From positions 1-58,314 of the IMG/VR virus record IMGVR_UViG_3300020043_001884: 58,314 nucleotides of DNA. One strand, 5' to 3'. Position 1 is the first letter of the stretch. Every line of letters starts with the position of its first letter. The notes below the pieces were generated by a model. That model did no database searches. It was not told where the DNA came from and saw only the letters and a program-made list of their open reading frames with translations. The position numbers and the translations under genes were made by a program. Positions 27,144-36,243 of this stretch are shown in pieces. This DNA comes from a virus. Its lineage: Duplodnaviria > Caudoviricetes.

Positions 27144-28565
27144 TTATTGTTTCAACGCCTTGGACATTCCAAGTGCAACGATGCCACCTGTCGGGTCTGA
27201 CTTGACTGCACCGCCTTTTTTGCCGCCTGGGACAAGTTTGTTGTAAAGACCGTATGCGCCAGCACCAGCTATTCCCAATCCGCCAATCTGCGACAACAGG
27301 TTCGGGCCGGGGATTTGGCTAACAGAACCTTGAGAACTGACAGGCATACCAGACAACAAACCACTTAAGAACTGAAGCTGTTGTTGCGGATACATCTTTT
27401 GAAACTCAAAATTCTTCATTGCTTGGTTGATGACAGCCTGATCGTTGGCTTGTAGTTGCTGGCCAAACAAGTTTTGCAAGTTAGCAATTGACTGTTGCGC
27501 AGCCAACTCTTGGTTTCCTAAAGCGCCCAACTGACTTGCCCCAGTCATTTGCGCCTGAGCCGCATCTATCTTTGATCTTTGGTTCGCAATTGCAGCGTTG
27601 AGCGCCGCAGTCTGGTTCATGCCTGCTGCTTGCAGTTTTGCTGCCTGGTTGGCCACAGCCGCTTGTTGCCGGTTGTTCATGTTGGCAAGATCAACCGCCA
27701 ATTCAGTGTCAACACCAAGTTTTTGCACCGCCAACTTGGCCGCAAGGTTTTGTGAGCCAACATCAATTCCAGCACGCTGGTTGGCAAGCGCAGCTTCCAT
27801 GCGGGCTTTTTGCTCGGCATTGAATTGCTGAACAGCTTGCTGATATGCGGCTTGCGATCCTGAGGCTTGAATACCTTGGAGGTCACGTTGTAATTGCGCA
27901 TTGGCTTGGGCACGTTGAAGCGCCGCACCTGAGCCACCAAACATGCCCGACCTTGCGGCTTGTGCCTGTTGCGCTTGCTGGGAAATACCGGCTTGTCGCT
28001 TGGCTTCTTGTGCCTGAACATCCACCACCTTCTGCATGTACGGCGAAATGTAGCCTTCAAGGGCACCTTTTTCCGTCATGCTCCGTGGATCGGCAATACG
28101 TTCATACGGGTCCATTTGGTATTGCTGAAGATTCGGCTTGTAAGTGCTTTGCGCCGCTTGAATTTGATCGGCAGAAACACTACCAGCCGAAACGCCCGGA
28201 ATATTCCCCAGACTAGCAATGCCTTGCTTTAGGTAATTTTGTGCATCGCCAAAAGCACTTGGCAAACCCATGCCCAAAGCAGATGCATATGCTGCATATT
28301 GAAGCTCATTAGGGCCTGCGACAGAAGCACGGGCGGCAGCCTGTTCACCCGGCCCCATGCCAGCTTTGTATTCAGAGCCTGCAACTGGGGCACCGTATGC
28401 AAGATAAGGAACAAAGCCAGTTATCTGGCCAGTCTTAGGGTCTGTGTTGAAAACCTGCTGTTGCGCCGCCCCCAACATAGAACTGACATAAGGTTGTGAC
28501 CACGGGGACAATCCAGCCGTGGTTTGTGTAGTTTGTGTAGCAGAGGTGGGGCAAAGTCCAGCCAT
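27144..28565 (-). CDS. internal virion/ejection protein (Ala/Gln-rich helical)
   Basis: YISPYMQKVVD, GMFGGS, YPQQQLQF; position among ejection genes. Confidence 0.7.
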   Translation of the reverse strand: MAGLCPTSATQTTQTTAGLSPWSQPYVSSMLGAAQQQVFNTDPKTGQITGFVPYLAYGAPVAGSEYKAGMGPGEQAAARASVAGPNELQYAAYASALGMGLPSAFGDAQNYLKQGIASLGNIPGVSAGSVSADQIQAAQSTYKPNLQQYQMDPYERIADPRSMTEKGALEGYISPYMQKVVDVQAQEAKRQAGISQQAQQAQAARSGMFGGSGAALQRAQANAQLQRDLQGIQASGSQAAYQQAVQQFNAEQKARMEAALANQRAGIDVGSQNLAAKLAVQKLGVDTELAVDLANMNNRQQAAVANQAAKLQAAGMNQTAALNAAIANQRSKIDAAQAQMTGASQLGALGNQELAAQQSIANLQNLFGQQLQANDQAVINQAMKNFEFQKMYPQQQLQFLSGLLSGMPVSSQGSVSQIPGPNLLSQIGGLGIAGAGAYGLYNKLVPGGKKGGAVKSDPTGGIVALGMSKALKQ

Positions 28566-28568
28566 GAT

Positions 28569-29018
28569 TTAACCCTCAAAGAAAAAGTTTTCACCAGCTT
28601 TTACATAGCCAGCTCGTTTAAGAATGGATGAAAGATTGTTGTTCTGCTGATAGCTGACAACAACTTGATCTACGCCTTGAGATCGCATGGTGGACCCGGC
28701 AAATTTCAGCAATTTACACATGCCAAAAGACCCCCTGAACTCCGGCAGGATGTAATAGAAGATGTCCATGGCGATCAGTTTTCCGTAAAACGGGTTGCGG
28801 TACACCATGAAACCTGCGTGCCCCGCTAGTTTACCCTCTGGGGTGCGTAAGGTAAAGTAAGCCACTCCGCCATTTTTTTCAGACAAAATCACCCCAGGAA
28901 AGTCGCAAGAATATCCCTCACTGGTGCCATAAAGCTCCCGCCAGTGCAACCCAGTTAAGACGGCAATGTCTGCCGTGTTGTTGGCAAAAAGCTCTTGGCC
29001 GCAGATCAGGTCACTCAT
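28569..29018 (-). CDS. GNAT-family acetyltransferase-like protein
   Basis: FYYILPEFRGS, ILKRAGY. Confidence 0.7.
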   Translation of the reverse strand: MSDLICGQELFANNTADIAVLTGLHWRELYGTSEGYSCDFPGVILSEKNGGVAYFTLRTPEGKLAGHAGFMVYRNPFYGKLIAMDIFYYILPEFRGSFGMCKLLKFAGSTMRSQGVDQVVVSYQQNNNLSSILKRAGYVKAGENFFFEG

Positions 29019-30877
29019 ACGGGTAAGTACTTATCGGCGTTGGTGTCTTTGGCAAACTTCTTTTTACCCATGGTTTTGCGACGGGCAGACTGCACCCGAT
29101 CCATCATTTCGTAGAGCTTTCTGGCTCCGGCGTCTGTCGAGCCGTTGCCAATTTCAGAAACAATACGTGCGGGAATAACAAACTCGCCGTCAGCCAAACG
29201 TGCAGGTTGCTTGCCACCAATAGTTGCAGGAATGTCATCAGAAACTCCATCGCCAGGACCACGCAATAAACGACCACCATCTGAGTACCCGCCAAGGTTG
29301 TAGCCGCCTCCTGCCAAAGAAGTGATTCCGCCTTCTGCATACGGCTGGTAACGATACGGCTTGTAGTCTGGGCTAAGTCCAACGCCCACAGGCGTTTGAT
29401 CAACGCCGCCGCCGCCTCCACCAGCAGTTTGGCCTCCGCCAAGCACACCAGCAGCCAAACTTGCAAGTCCAGCATATTTGAGCATTTCAGCTGCCGTAAG
29501 TCCTGCTCCAGCCATACCGGCACCAGCAGTGGTGCCTGCTAAATCTGCTACTCCAGCACCAGCGCCTTCTGGAACTACGGCATTTGCCGCCGCTTGTTGA
29601 GCGGCCACATCATCAGCGGCAACATAAGCAGGATTAAAAGTTCCGCCAGCCGACACATAAGCATTGTCCCATGCTGGTACTCCTGAGGGAATGCCCTCGC
29701 CGGGATAAATCCCAGTAGTAGATTCCCCAAGTGTTGACAAGTCACTTACGCCTGCACCAAGAGGAAACTCAGTAGTAGGCAAAGAACCGCCCATCTGACC
29801 AACACCACCAATGCTTGTCATGATGTCATCAGCACCAGCAAGCCCTGCAATTCCAGCGTTTGATGTAGCAAAATCAGATGCAACCGTGCCAGCCGAAGCG
29901 CCGGGAAACGCGCCCTCACCTGCGCCTGCATAAATAGCAGACTCGCCACCACCAAGACCGCCTCCCAATCCAGCGTAATCTTCTGGGTTCATGCTTCCCA
30001 GATTAGAGCCACCTGTCAATGACCCTATTCCTTGGCTAATCCCTGTTGTTAAAGCGCCTTTGGCAAGCGCATCTTCAAAGTCTGCGCCGCCTACCATGTT
30101 GTAGGCAGTTTGTGCAGCTATTTGAGTTGGTATCGATGTGCCGCCTGTGGCCACCGCCAAAGCAATATTTCCAACTGGGCCAGCATCTCTTACAAAATTA
30201 CCTAGCATCCCACCGGCTGACCCGCCTTGGTAACGAACAGCAGAATTGTCTAAAAAATTCTTGTCAAAGATTGCCTCGCCTTTGTCATTTATGCCAATTG
30301 CAACGTTATAACTTCCAACTCTTGCGCCAATTGGTATGTCATAAAGTCCGTTTCCAAGAGACTGCAAAGAATACGACCCATAGGGCGTTATCATCTTTGA
30401 CTTGTCGTCAGTGATCTTGTATTCGCCGGAATTAATGGCGTCTGCAATTTTTCCAAGTTGACCACCAGAAAAAGCATTGACATCCTGAAAAACTGCATGT
30501 TTTGCAATGCTTTCTGGAGTCTTGTAATCAGGGCTGGCTTTTGGCACCTTGACATAATCAGTGGGTCCCTGCCCACTTTCTTCATCGCCACCTATGCCAA
30601 CGTACCTAAAGTTGCCCGCCTTTTCTTCTTCGGCTCTTACTTGCGCCTGATATGTTTTATCATTTGTTGCAATTTGTTGTGGCGAAACTTTTATGGCATT
30701 ACCACTAGGGTCAACCCACCAAGGAATTTCAAACCATCCAGACTCACCATCATAAGCAGTTGTAGTCCCAAGTTTATAGCCAGCTTTTAACAACTGATCT
30801 GTTGTCATGCCCGTAGGATTGGTATCGTCCAATTCTGCTGATGTTTGTCTGATTGCCATAATCTTTCCTTTACTCAA
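29015..30877 (-). CDS. virion protein with Gly/Ala-rich linker and C-terminal GPGDGVSDDIPA/LADGEFV domain
   Basis: Motifs in translation; start could be the downstream MAIRQ. Confidence 0.7.
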   Translation of the reverse strand: MSKGKIMAIRQTSAELDDTNPTGMTTDQLLKAGYKLGTTTAYDGESGWFEIPWWVDPSGNAIKVSPQQIATNDKTYQAQVRAEEEKAGNFRYVGIGGDEESGQGPTDYVKVPKASPDYKTPESIAKHAVFQDVNAFSGGQLGKIADAINSGEYKITDDKSKMITPYGSYSLQSLGNGLYDIPIGARVGSYNVAIGINDKGEAIFDKNFLDNSAVRYQGGSAGGMLGNFVRDAGPVGNIALAVATGGTSIPTQIAAQTAYNMVGGADFEDALAKGALTTGISQGIGSLTGGSNLGSMNPEDYAGLGGGLGGGESAIYAGAGEGAFPGASAGTVASDFATSNAGIAGLAGADDIMTSIGGVGQMGGSLPTTEFPLGAGVSDLSTLGESTTGIYPGEGIPSGVPAWDNAYVSAGGTFNPAYVAADDVAAQQAAANAVVPEGAGAGVADLAGTTAGAGMAGAGLTAAEMLKYAGLASLAAGVLGGGQTAGGGGGGVDQTPVGVGLSPDYKPYRYQPYAEGGITSLAGGGYNLGGYSDGGRLLRGPGDGVSDDIPATIGGKQPARLADGEFVIPARIVSEIGNGSTDAGARKLYEMMDRVQSARRKTMGKKKFAKDTNADKYLPV

Positions 30878-30883
30878 ATCGTA

Positions 30884-31522
30884 TCATGCGTTCAACGCAG
30901 AAACAAATGAAAGCGTTGCCACAACAGACGGGGTGGCAGGCATTGCAAACGGGGAAGTGATAGCCGGTTTGGCCTCCATATAGACCGCCGTGTTGTCTAC
31001 GGCCGCATACATGCTGACATAATCCCCAGCAGCCAAGTCCACGTAAAAGTTGGCGGCACCGATTACGTGACCATCTACCCCACCGTGACTTGAAGTGATA
31101 CTGAACTGACTGCCCGTGCCAAGCACATCCACATTGTTTTTTCTTAACCAGATCCAAGCCTCATGGATTTGCGAATCCGTATTGGCAAACTGAACGCTAA
31201 ATTGGTAATTGTAGATACCAGACTGCTGAACCGTGATGCCGTTGGTTGTGTCGTTGTTGCATCCGCTCAAATAGTCATTCTGGTCGAATGTGACTTCTGT
31301 GGCCGTATTGGCTGTAAACGTCAAATCTGTTGTGCGCTGGATGGCGGCGTAGGGAAACTGCAAATACTGCCCACCACGGTCGCCCCAAAGCAACCCCAAA
31401 GAATTGCGCAACTGGTTGAAATACAGGCGCAAAACGTTGGAGTATTGGTCTTGGTACCGGCGTTCGTACTGCTCCGTGCCCAACGGCAAGTTGGGCGTTG
31501 CAGGGTTGATAATCCGAGCCAT
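30884..31522 (-). CDS. tail protein (C1q/TNF-like beta domain)
   Basis: GIYNYQFSVQF...LAAGDYVSMY pattern. Confidence 0.6.
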   Translation of the reverse strand: MARIINPATPNLPLGTEQYERRYQDQYSNVLRLYFNQLRNSLGLLWGDRGGQYLQFPYAAIQRTTDLTFTANTATEVTFDQNDYLSGCNNDTTNGITVQQSGIYNYQFSVQFANTDSQIHEAWIWLRKNNVDVLGTGSQFSITSSHGGVDGHVIGAANFYVDLAAGDYVSMYAAVDNTAVYMEAKPAITSPFAMPATPSVVATLSFVSALNA

Positions 31523-33636
31523 TACCGCCGTCCATCCGGGCGAATGTCAATACGTGGCGCACCCAGCTGCCATGCCGTGTTGACCTGGTTGGAACTAATC
31601 TTGAAGATCATCTGCCGGCCACGCACACGGGTGTAAATCTGGCCAGTAAACTCTTCCGTAATCACGTAGGTTGAACCCTTGGACACCAGCGCAGATGCGT
31701 TATCAATTGACCCAGAGCCTGAGTTATACAGGCCATAGAGCGTCATGGTCACACGGGGGCTGTCATTTGTTACGGGGTCGGTAGAAGAGTTTTGGAACGT
31801 CAAGTCAGGCAGGATACGCCACACAAACCCAAAGTTGTGCCCGTCTTGGATGTCAAATTCAGACGAGGAGATATAGGCATTGATGGGCAAAGTTGTCGCA
31901 GTCTCATTGTCATTAAGACCGTTTTCGTGGTTCACAATGTTGTGGCTGTATGTGGCCGCTTGCGGATAGTCACGCAATCCCGAATCAGACCAAGCAGTGC
32001 GTGCCATCGTGCCGTAGTACCAGACCCCTTCAAGATAGTTGTAAACCACATACTTGTCTATTGTGGTTGAGTTGGCAGAACAGTAGAACCACCAGACCTC
32101 ATTGAACCCTTCATTGGTGCCAGCAAAAACTTGGTTGGCTTGCGACTGGTTGAAGTCACTAAACACATACCGGCGCAGGTCGCAATTGAGCGTTTGCACC
32201 CGACCGTCATATGCATAGAACTTGTCCACACCCATCCAGTACACAACACCTGATGCAACAATGGCAGCGTTTTGGCCCACAATTGAAATGTTGTCACCCA
32301 TTAACTGAGATTGCCAAACATACGGGGGGCCAAGATACTGAAGCGAATAAATTGCAGAGTCTGTAAGCACCACAATTTCTTGGCGGGTCTGAACCGAGGT
32401 AACAATCTCTGAACCATGCGAAAGCCGAACAAACCCAGCCTGACTGGTTGAATCTGGCGTCCAGTTGTATGGGTCGTCTTGATTCGACCAACGGATCAGC
32501 ATTGGGTCAAGGTCGCTACTACCCCCAATGTCATTGCACCCAAATGCAATAATGAACCGAGAGGTATCTGAAATTGTGAATGAATTGACAACCGTTGGAA
32601 TGTCAACCGGCGTAATGGTCTGAGTGCCAGATTGCGAACCTGAAGTGTTGACTACTACTCCAGCCGCCGTCAATAAATTAAAAGACAATCCATCTACGTT
32701 AAACGCATAATAGACCGTGCCCGCTGTAATGCCCGTTGGCAATGCTCCAGTTGTAGAAAACTTGATGGCCGCACCTTCCGTGTAGAGCACAGTGGATGTG
32801 ACTACAGCCGGTGACGCAATGGTGATCGTGGCCGTTCCACCCAAAGAATTTAAAAGCACTCCCCGAGTAGTAACGTTATTTGTGGCATCCCAGTAATACA
32901 GGCCACCGCCCCTCGGCGCAAACACCAAATCTTCGCCGTAGTTCATCTGACTCCAAAGGCGAATTGATGAAAAAATAGCCGACGGGCTTCCAATCCCCCA
33001 CTTTCCAGCGCCCCAATTACCAGCCCCCCAGCCAGTAGCGGGCACTACATAAGAAGGTCCCACGTTAATCTGATATGCGGCAACAACAGCTGCCCCGCCC
33101 CCAGGAGAGCCCGCAATTGCTGTTGCGTTGGGCACCACAGGCAACTGAATTGTGTATGTGCTTGAGCTTACAACGGTGACTTGATACTCTTGATTGAGCA
33201 CCGCCGCCGTGATGTTTGTGCCGACACCACCAATGTCCACCGCCCCGCTAAACGTTACAAAATCCCCTGTCACACAACCGTGATCTGTGTCTGTCACCGT
33301 GCAAGTCGTTGATGCGGTCAGGGCAAACGGGTTATTGTTAATCGTGACTGTGGCACGAATTGGTGTAATGTCGTTGTACGCCCCGCCCTTTTCTATGTAA
33401 AACTTGAGGTTAGTGCCAACGCCAAGCAGATTTGAAAAGTTAAGAGTCACCCAGTTCCATAAAGAACGGCAAATACCCAAAAATGTGCTGGAAGATATGC
33501 GTTGCCAGCCGCCAATAGCCTCTGGGTTGCCTTGGCGAAAACGAATTTTGTCGCACTCGTACCAGCCGCCCTCGGTCGTGTACCGAGTATTCTCACGGTT
33601 GACGCCAGGTTTAAAGAGGATTTTGGTTAATGGCAT
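31522..33636 (-). CDS. tail nozzle / head-stabilisation protein (P22 gp10-like)
   Basis: KPGVNRENT, IRWSNQDD, YWMGVDKFYAYDG, FNEVWWFY, DIRPDGRR. Confidence 0.7.
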   Translation of the reverse strand: MPLTKILFKPGVNRENTRYTTEGGWYECDKIRFRQGNPEAIGGWQRISSSTFLGICRSLWNWVTLNFSNLLGVGTNLKFYIEKGGAYNDITPIRATVTINNNPFALTASTTCTVTDTDHGCVTGDFVTFSGAVDIGGVGTNITAAVLNQEYQVTVVSSSTYTIQLPVVPNATAIAGSPGGGAAVVAAYQINVGPSYVVPATGWGAGNWGAGKWGIGSPSAIFSSIRLWSQMNYGEDLVFAPRGGGLYYWDATNNVTTRGVLLNSLGGTATITIASPAVVTSTVLYTEGAAIKFSTTGALPTGITAGTVYYAFNVDGLSFNLLTAAGVVVNTSGSQSGTQTITPVDIPTVVNSFTISDTSRFIIAFGCNDIGGSSDLDPMLIRWSNQDDPYNWTPDSTSQAGFVRLSHGSEIVTSVQTRQEIVVLTDSAIYSLQYLGPPYVWQSQLMGDNISIVGQNAAIVASGVVYWMGVDKFYAYDGRVQTLNCDLRRYVFSDFNQSQANQVFAGTNEGFNEVWWFYCSANSTTIDKYVVYNYLEGVWYYGTMARTAWSDSGLRDYPQAATYSHNIVNHENGLNDNETATTLPINAYISSSEFDIQDGHNFGFVWRILPDLTFQNSSTDPVTNDSPRVTMTLYGLYNSGSGSIDNASALVSKGSTYVITEEFTGQIYTRVRGRQMIFKISSNQVNTAWQLGAPRIDIRPDGRR

Positions 33637-33651
33637 GACAGTATTTTCCCT

Positions 33652-34155
33652 TTAAGAGAGGAAAAGCGCAATCTCGGCTTCGCGTCGTCTGACCAGCCCT
33701 GGCAGCACTTTTCCACCCCCTTTTGTCCATTGTCTGAAGGCTTCCGCCGCCCCTTCCCAATCGCCTCGGTTTGCCCGAATTCTGATCTGGGAGCGTTGCA
33801 GATTACCTAGCCCTGCGTTGTACGCAAAAGATACAAGAGCGTCGAAAGCGCCTTGACGCCCATCCACGCCGGGAATAAGACGTAGAACACCCCGTTCAAA
33901 AGCTCCGACATCAGCACGGAATAGTTCGTCAATCTCCGGTTTCGTCCAGACACGGTTATCCTCCGGTTTGAGCGGGAAGTCCTTGCGGATCATGCCCTCA
34001 TAGCCCTCTTTCTTCACCACGGGCAGGCGAATCTGCTCCTGATACAACACGTGTCCGTACCCAATCGTCCAGATATGGGCGGGGCAGAGGTAGGGTTTGT
34101 CCCTATACCCCTCAAACTTGTGCATCAGGGCCTCACCCGCCGGGCTGAGTTTCAT
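33652..34155 (-). CDS. endolysin, GH24 lysozyme
   Basis: FEG...YLCPAHIWTIGYGH, FDALVSFAYNAG, LPGLVRRREAE. Confidence 0.92.
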   Translation of the reverse strand: MKLSPAGEALMHKFEGYRDKPYLCPAHIWTIGYGHVLYQEQIRLPVVKKEGYEGMIRKDFPLKPEDNRVWTKPEIDELFRADVGAFERGVLRLIPGVDGRQGAFDALVSFAYNAGLGNLQRSQIRIRANRGDWEGAAEAFRQWTKGGGKVLPGLVRRREAEIALFLS

Positions 34156-34655
34156 CTCTTAGACCACTGGCGTGACCCAAACCAGAAGCCCACAATCCCC
34201 CCAAGCATCGCCATCTCATCTTGACTGAAGATCAGGTCAGAGTAGCGGATGATGTCATCGATGCTGGTGATCAGGTGCGGGTGGTTCCATAGGTAAAGCG
34301 CCATGAAGCCGTTGATCAAGAGCAACTCAATGATGAAGATGTACGTCACGGTCGGGCGAACCGTCCCAACGTAGTTGGCCACCCAACGGGAGGCTTTCTC
34401 CAGCACCTTCTCGTCATGCGCCAGCGCCGCTTGGGTCATCTGCGCTTCGGTCTGCATGGCCACCTGCTCGGCGCGAATCTCTTCGACTCGGGCCTGGGCG
34501 GCAAAACCTGCTGCGGCAAGGGCCAACTCACGTTCACTCTGCGCCCGAACCAACTCCAGTTCGTGCTTCTGGTCGGCCTTGTTTTGGAAGTATTCCAGCA
34601 GTTTGGGCAGGCCGGAGATCAGCAAGCCGCCAAGGGTTGAGAGAAGTGACAGCAT
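34152..34655 (-). CDS. holin-like membrane protein
   Basis: VRPTVTY, TM segments, FWFGSR end; directly upstream of lysozyme. Confidence 0.7.
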   Translation of the reverse strand: MLSLLSTLGGLLISGLPKLLEYFQNKADQKHELELVRAQSERELALAAAGFAAQARVEEIRAEQVAMQTEAQMTQAALAHDEKVLEKASRWVANYVGTVRPTVTYIFIIELLLINGFMALYLWNHPHLITSIDDIIRYSDLIFSQDEMAMLGGIVGFWFGSRQWSKR

Positions 34656-34927
34656 TATTTTTTACCCAGCCTTTCTCTTTCTTCAAGAAGTTTGACCTTG
34701 ACCTGAAGTTCATTGATATCCTTGTAAATCTGCTCTTTGAGTTGGTGCCTGCGCTCGGCGCTGATCGGGCTGTCGGTTGGCACGCCCTCTTTGGTGATCA
34801 AGGCAGGCATCTGCCCCTCGATTTTGGTCAAACGCTCAGAGAATGAAGCAACTTGCCCAAGCAACCAAGCAAGGGATGCCACTACGATTGGGATAACCGC
34901 TTTGAGTACGTCTGACCATGCCATCAT
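34655..34927 (-). CDS. TM + coiled-coil protein (lysis module)
   Basis: N-terminal hydrophobic helix. Confidence 0.65.
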   Translation of the reverse strand: MMAWSDVLKAVIPIVVASLAWLLGQVASFSERLTKIEGQMPALITKEGVPTDSPISAERRHQLKEQIYKDINELQVKVKLLEERERLGKK

Positions 34928-35412
34928 TTGTCCTTTGCAAACATAATGCCCTGAATCACCAGCCAGATCAGAGGCGGCACCAGAAGCACAACCAGCACAA
35001 TTCCAATCACCAGATTCACCAACTCAGCCATCTTTCTGGCTCTGACACGGGCGGCATCGTTGGCTCTGCGTCTGGCTTCCCGTTCGGCCTCTTCGCCCTC
35101 TTGAACCCGTTTCATGATGTTGTTCCAAACATCGGCATGGCCGGTCTGGAAAAAGATCATCTTGAGTTCTTCTTCAAACTTCTTTTGCGACAGTAACTGC
35201 AACTCAATCTGAATGGCCTGCGCCAAAGACGAACCGCCTTGTTTTTTAGCCTGATCAAGCGCTTTTACTGTCTTTTGTTTCTCTCCAAAATACTGACCCA
35301 GCAATGGCCCAAGACTGGCAACATCATCGACCGTGGCTTTGGCCTTCTTGATGACCTCCACCGTTTTTTGCACAGCCGCAAACGCAGCCATTGCGGTTGT
35401 GATTGGATCCAT
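34924..35412 (-). CDS. coiled-coil protein with C-terminal TM
   Basis: MDPITTAMAAF...; hydrophobic C-terminus. Confidence 0.7.
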   Translation of the reverse strand: MDPITTAMAAFAAVQKTVEVIKKAKATVDDVASLGPLLGQYFGEKQKTVKALDQAKKQGGSSLAQAIQIELQLLSQKKFEEELKMIFFQTGHADVWNNIMKRVQEGEEAEREARRRANDAARVRARKMAELVNLVIGIVLVVLLVPPLIWLVIQGIMFAKDK

Positions 35413-35421
35413 GATTCACTT

Positions 35422-35532
35422 TTATCCCCCAAAGCTGACATCTGCCAAAGGCGCTTCAGAGTATGCGCCGCCAATAACCAAAACGCCACCCCCGCCACCC
35501 CCGCCCACAAAAGCCAAAACAATTCCAGCCAT
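35422..35532 (-). CDS. 36-aa Gly-rich peptide (possible tail-gene remnant)
   Basis: MAGIVLAFVGGGGGGGVLVIGGAYSEAPLADVSFGG; fills the intergenic gap. Confidence 0.45.
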   Translation of the reverse strand: MAGIVLAFVGGGGGGGVLVIGGAYSEAPLADVSFGG

Positions 35533-35533
35533 T

Positions 35534-35806
35534 TCAGACCCCCACAGTAAAGACAACCGTGTTGTCAGCCACAAAAACCAAGTTCACCAACGCCCTCGGA
35601 GCAACCTCAAAGTGACTCTTGTGCATGGGCTGGCTTGACCTGTAAGCGTGTTCAATCTGGCTCTCCAGCGTGGTGAATAGCCCAGTGTTGTTGAACAAAA
35701 CAAGGATGTCCCCCTCTCGAAAGACATCCTTTGGAAGCGTGATCACCGTCTGGACATCCAAACGGATGATCTTGCCCAAATGCTCACGGTTTAGCGTCAG
35801 TTTCAT
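35534..35806 (-). CDS. stand-alone paralog of the C-terminal domain of 41766..42509
   Basis: ITLPKDVFREGDILVLFNNT vs ITIPDATFSSGDAVLIFNNT; ATGA coupling. Confidence 0.65.
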   Translation of the reverse strand: MKLTLNREHLGKIIRLDVQTVITLPKDVFREGDILVLFNNTGLFTTLESQIEHAYRSSQPMHKSHFEVAPRALVNLVFVADNTVVFTVGV

Positions 35807-36243
35807 TGCGCCCACACAGGTTTCGGATACTTTGCCTTGACCGCCTGAATCTTGGCTTGCATTGCCGCCGCCGCATCGCCACCCTTCCACTGGGCATCCA
35901 ATTGATCACCCACTAAGGGGTACTCAGCACGGCGCTTGGCGTAGTAGTCAGGAATCTCAGGACGCACAATTTCAGACTTATCGATGGGCACAGTGGTGGT
36001 TTCGCCAGTCATCGGGTCTTGAACCTCCCGAGTCTTGGGGGTCAGAGCCGCCCACTGCGCCTCCTTGTAGTCAATTTCAGCGCCAACGCTTGCTACACAG
36101 CCAATAACAAATGTGGACAGGTCTGCGCCTTGAGGAACAAACACTTGCCAGTCATAGGTCTGCCCGTTGTGGTCAACCTTCAACAGCGCAATGGCTCGTT
36201 CTTCAGCGCCAGATTGCAGTCCTTCAAGAGATACGGTAGTCAT
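35803..36243 (-). CDS. tail fibre assembly/chaperone-like protein
   Basis: YAKRRAEYP..GDQLD...IQAVKAKYPKP motif typical of fibre-associated genes. Confidence 0.6.
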   Translation of the reverse strand: MTTVSLEGLQSGAEERAIALLKVDHNGQTYDWQVFVPQGADLSTFVIGCVASVGAEIDYKEAQWAALTPKTREVQDPMTGETTTVPIDKSEIVRPEIPDYYAKRRAEYPLVGDQLDAQWKGGDAAAAMQAKIQAVKAKYPKPVWAQ

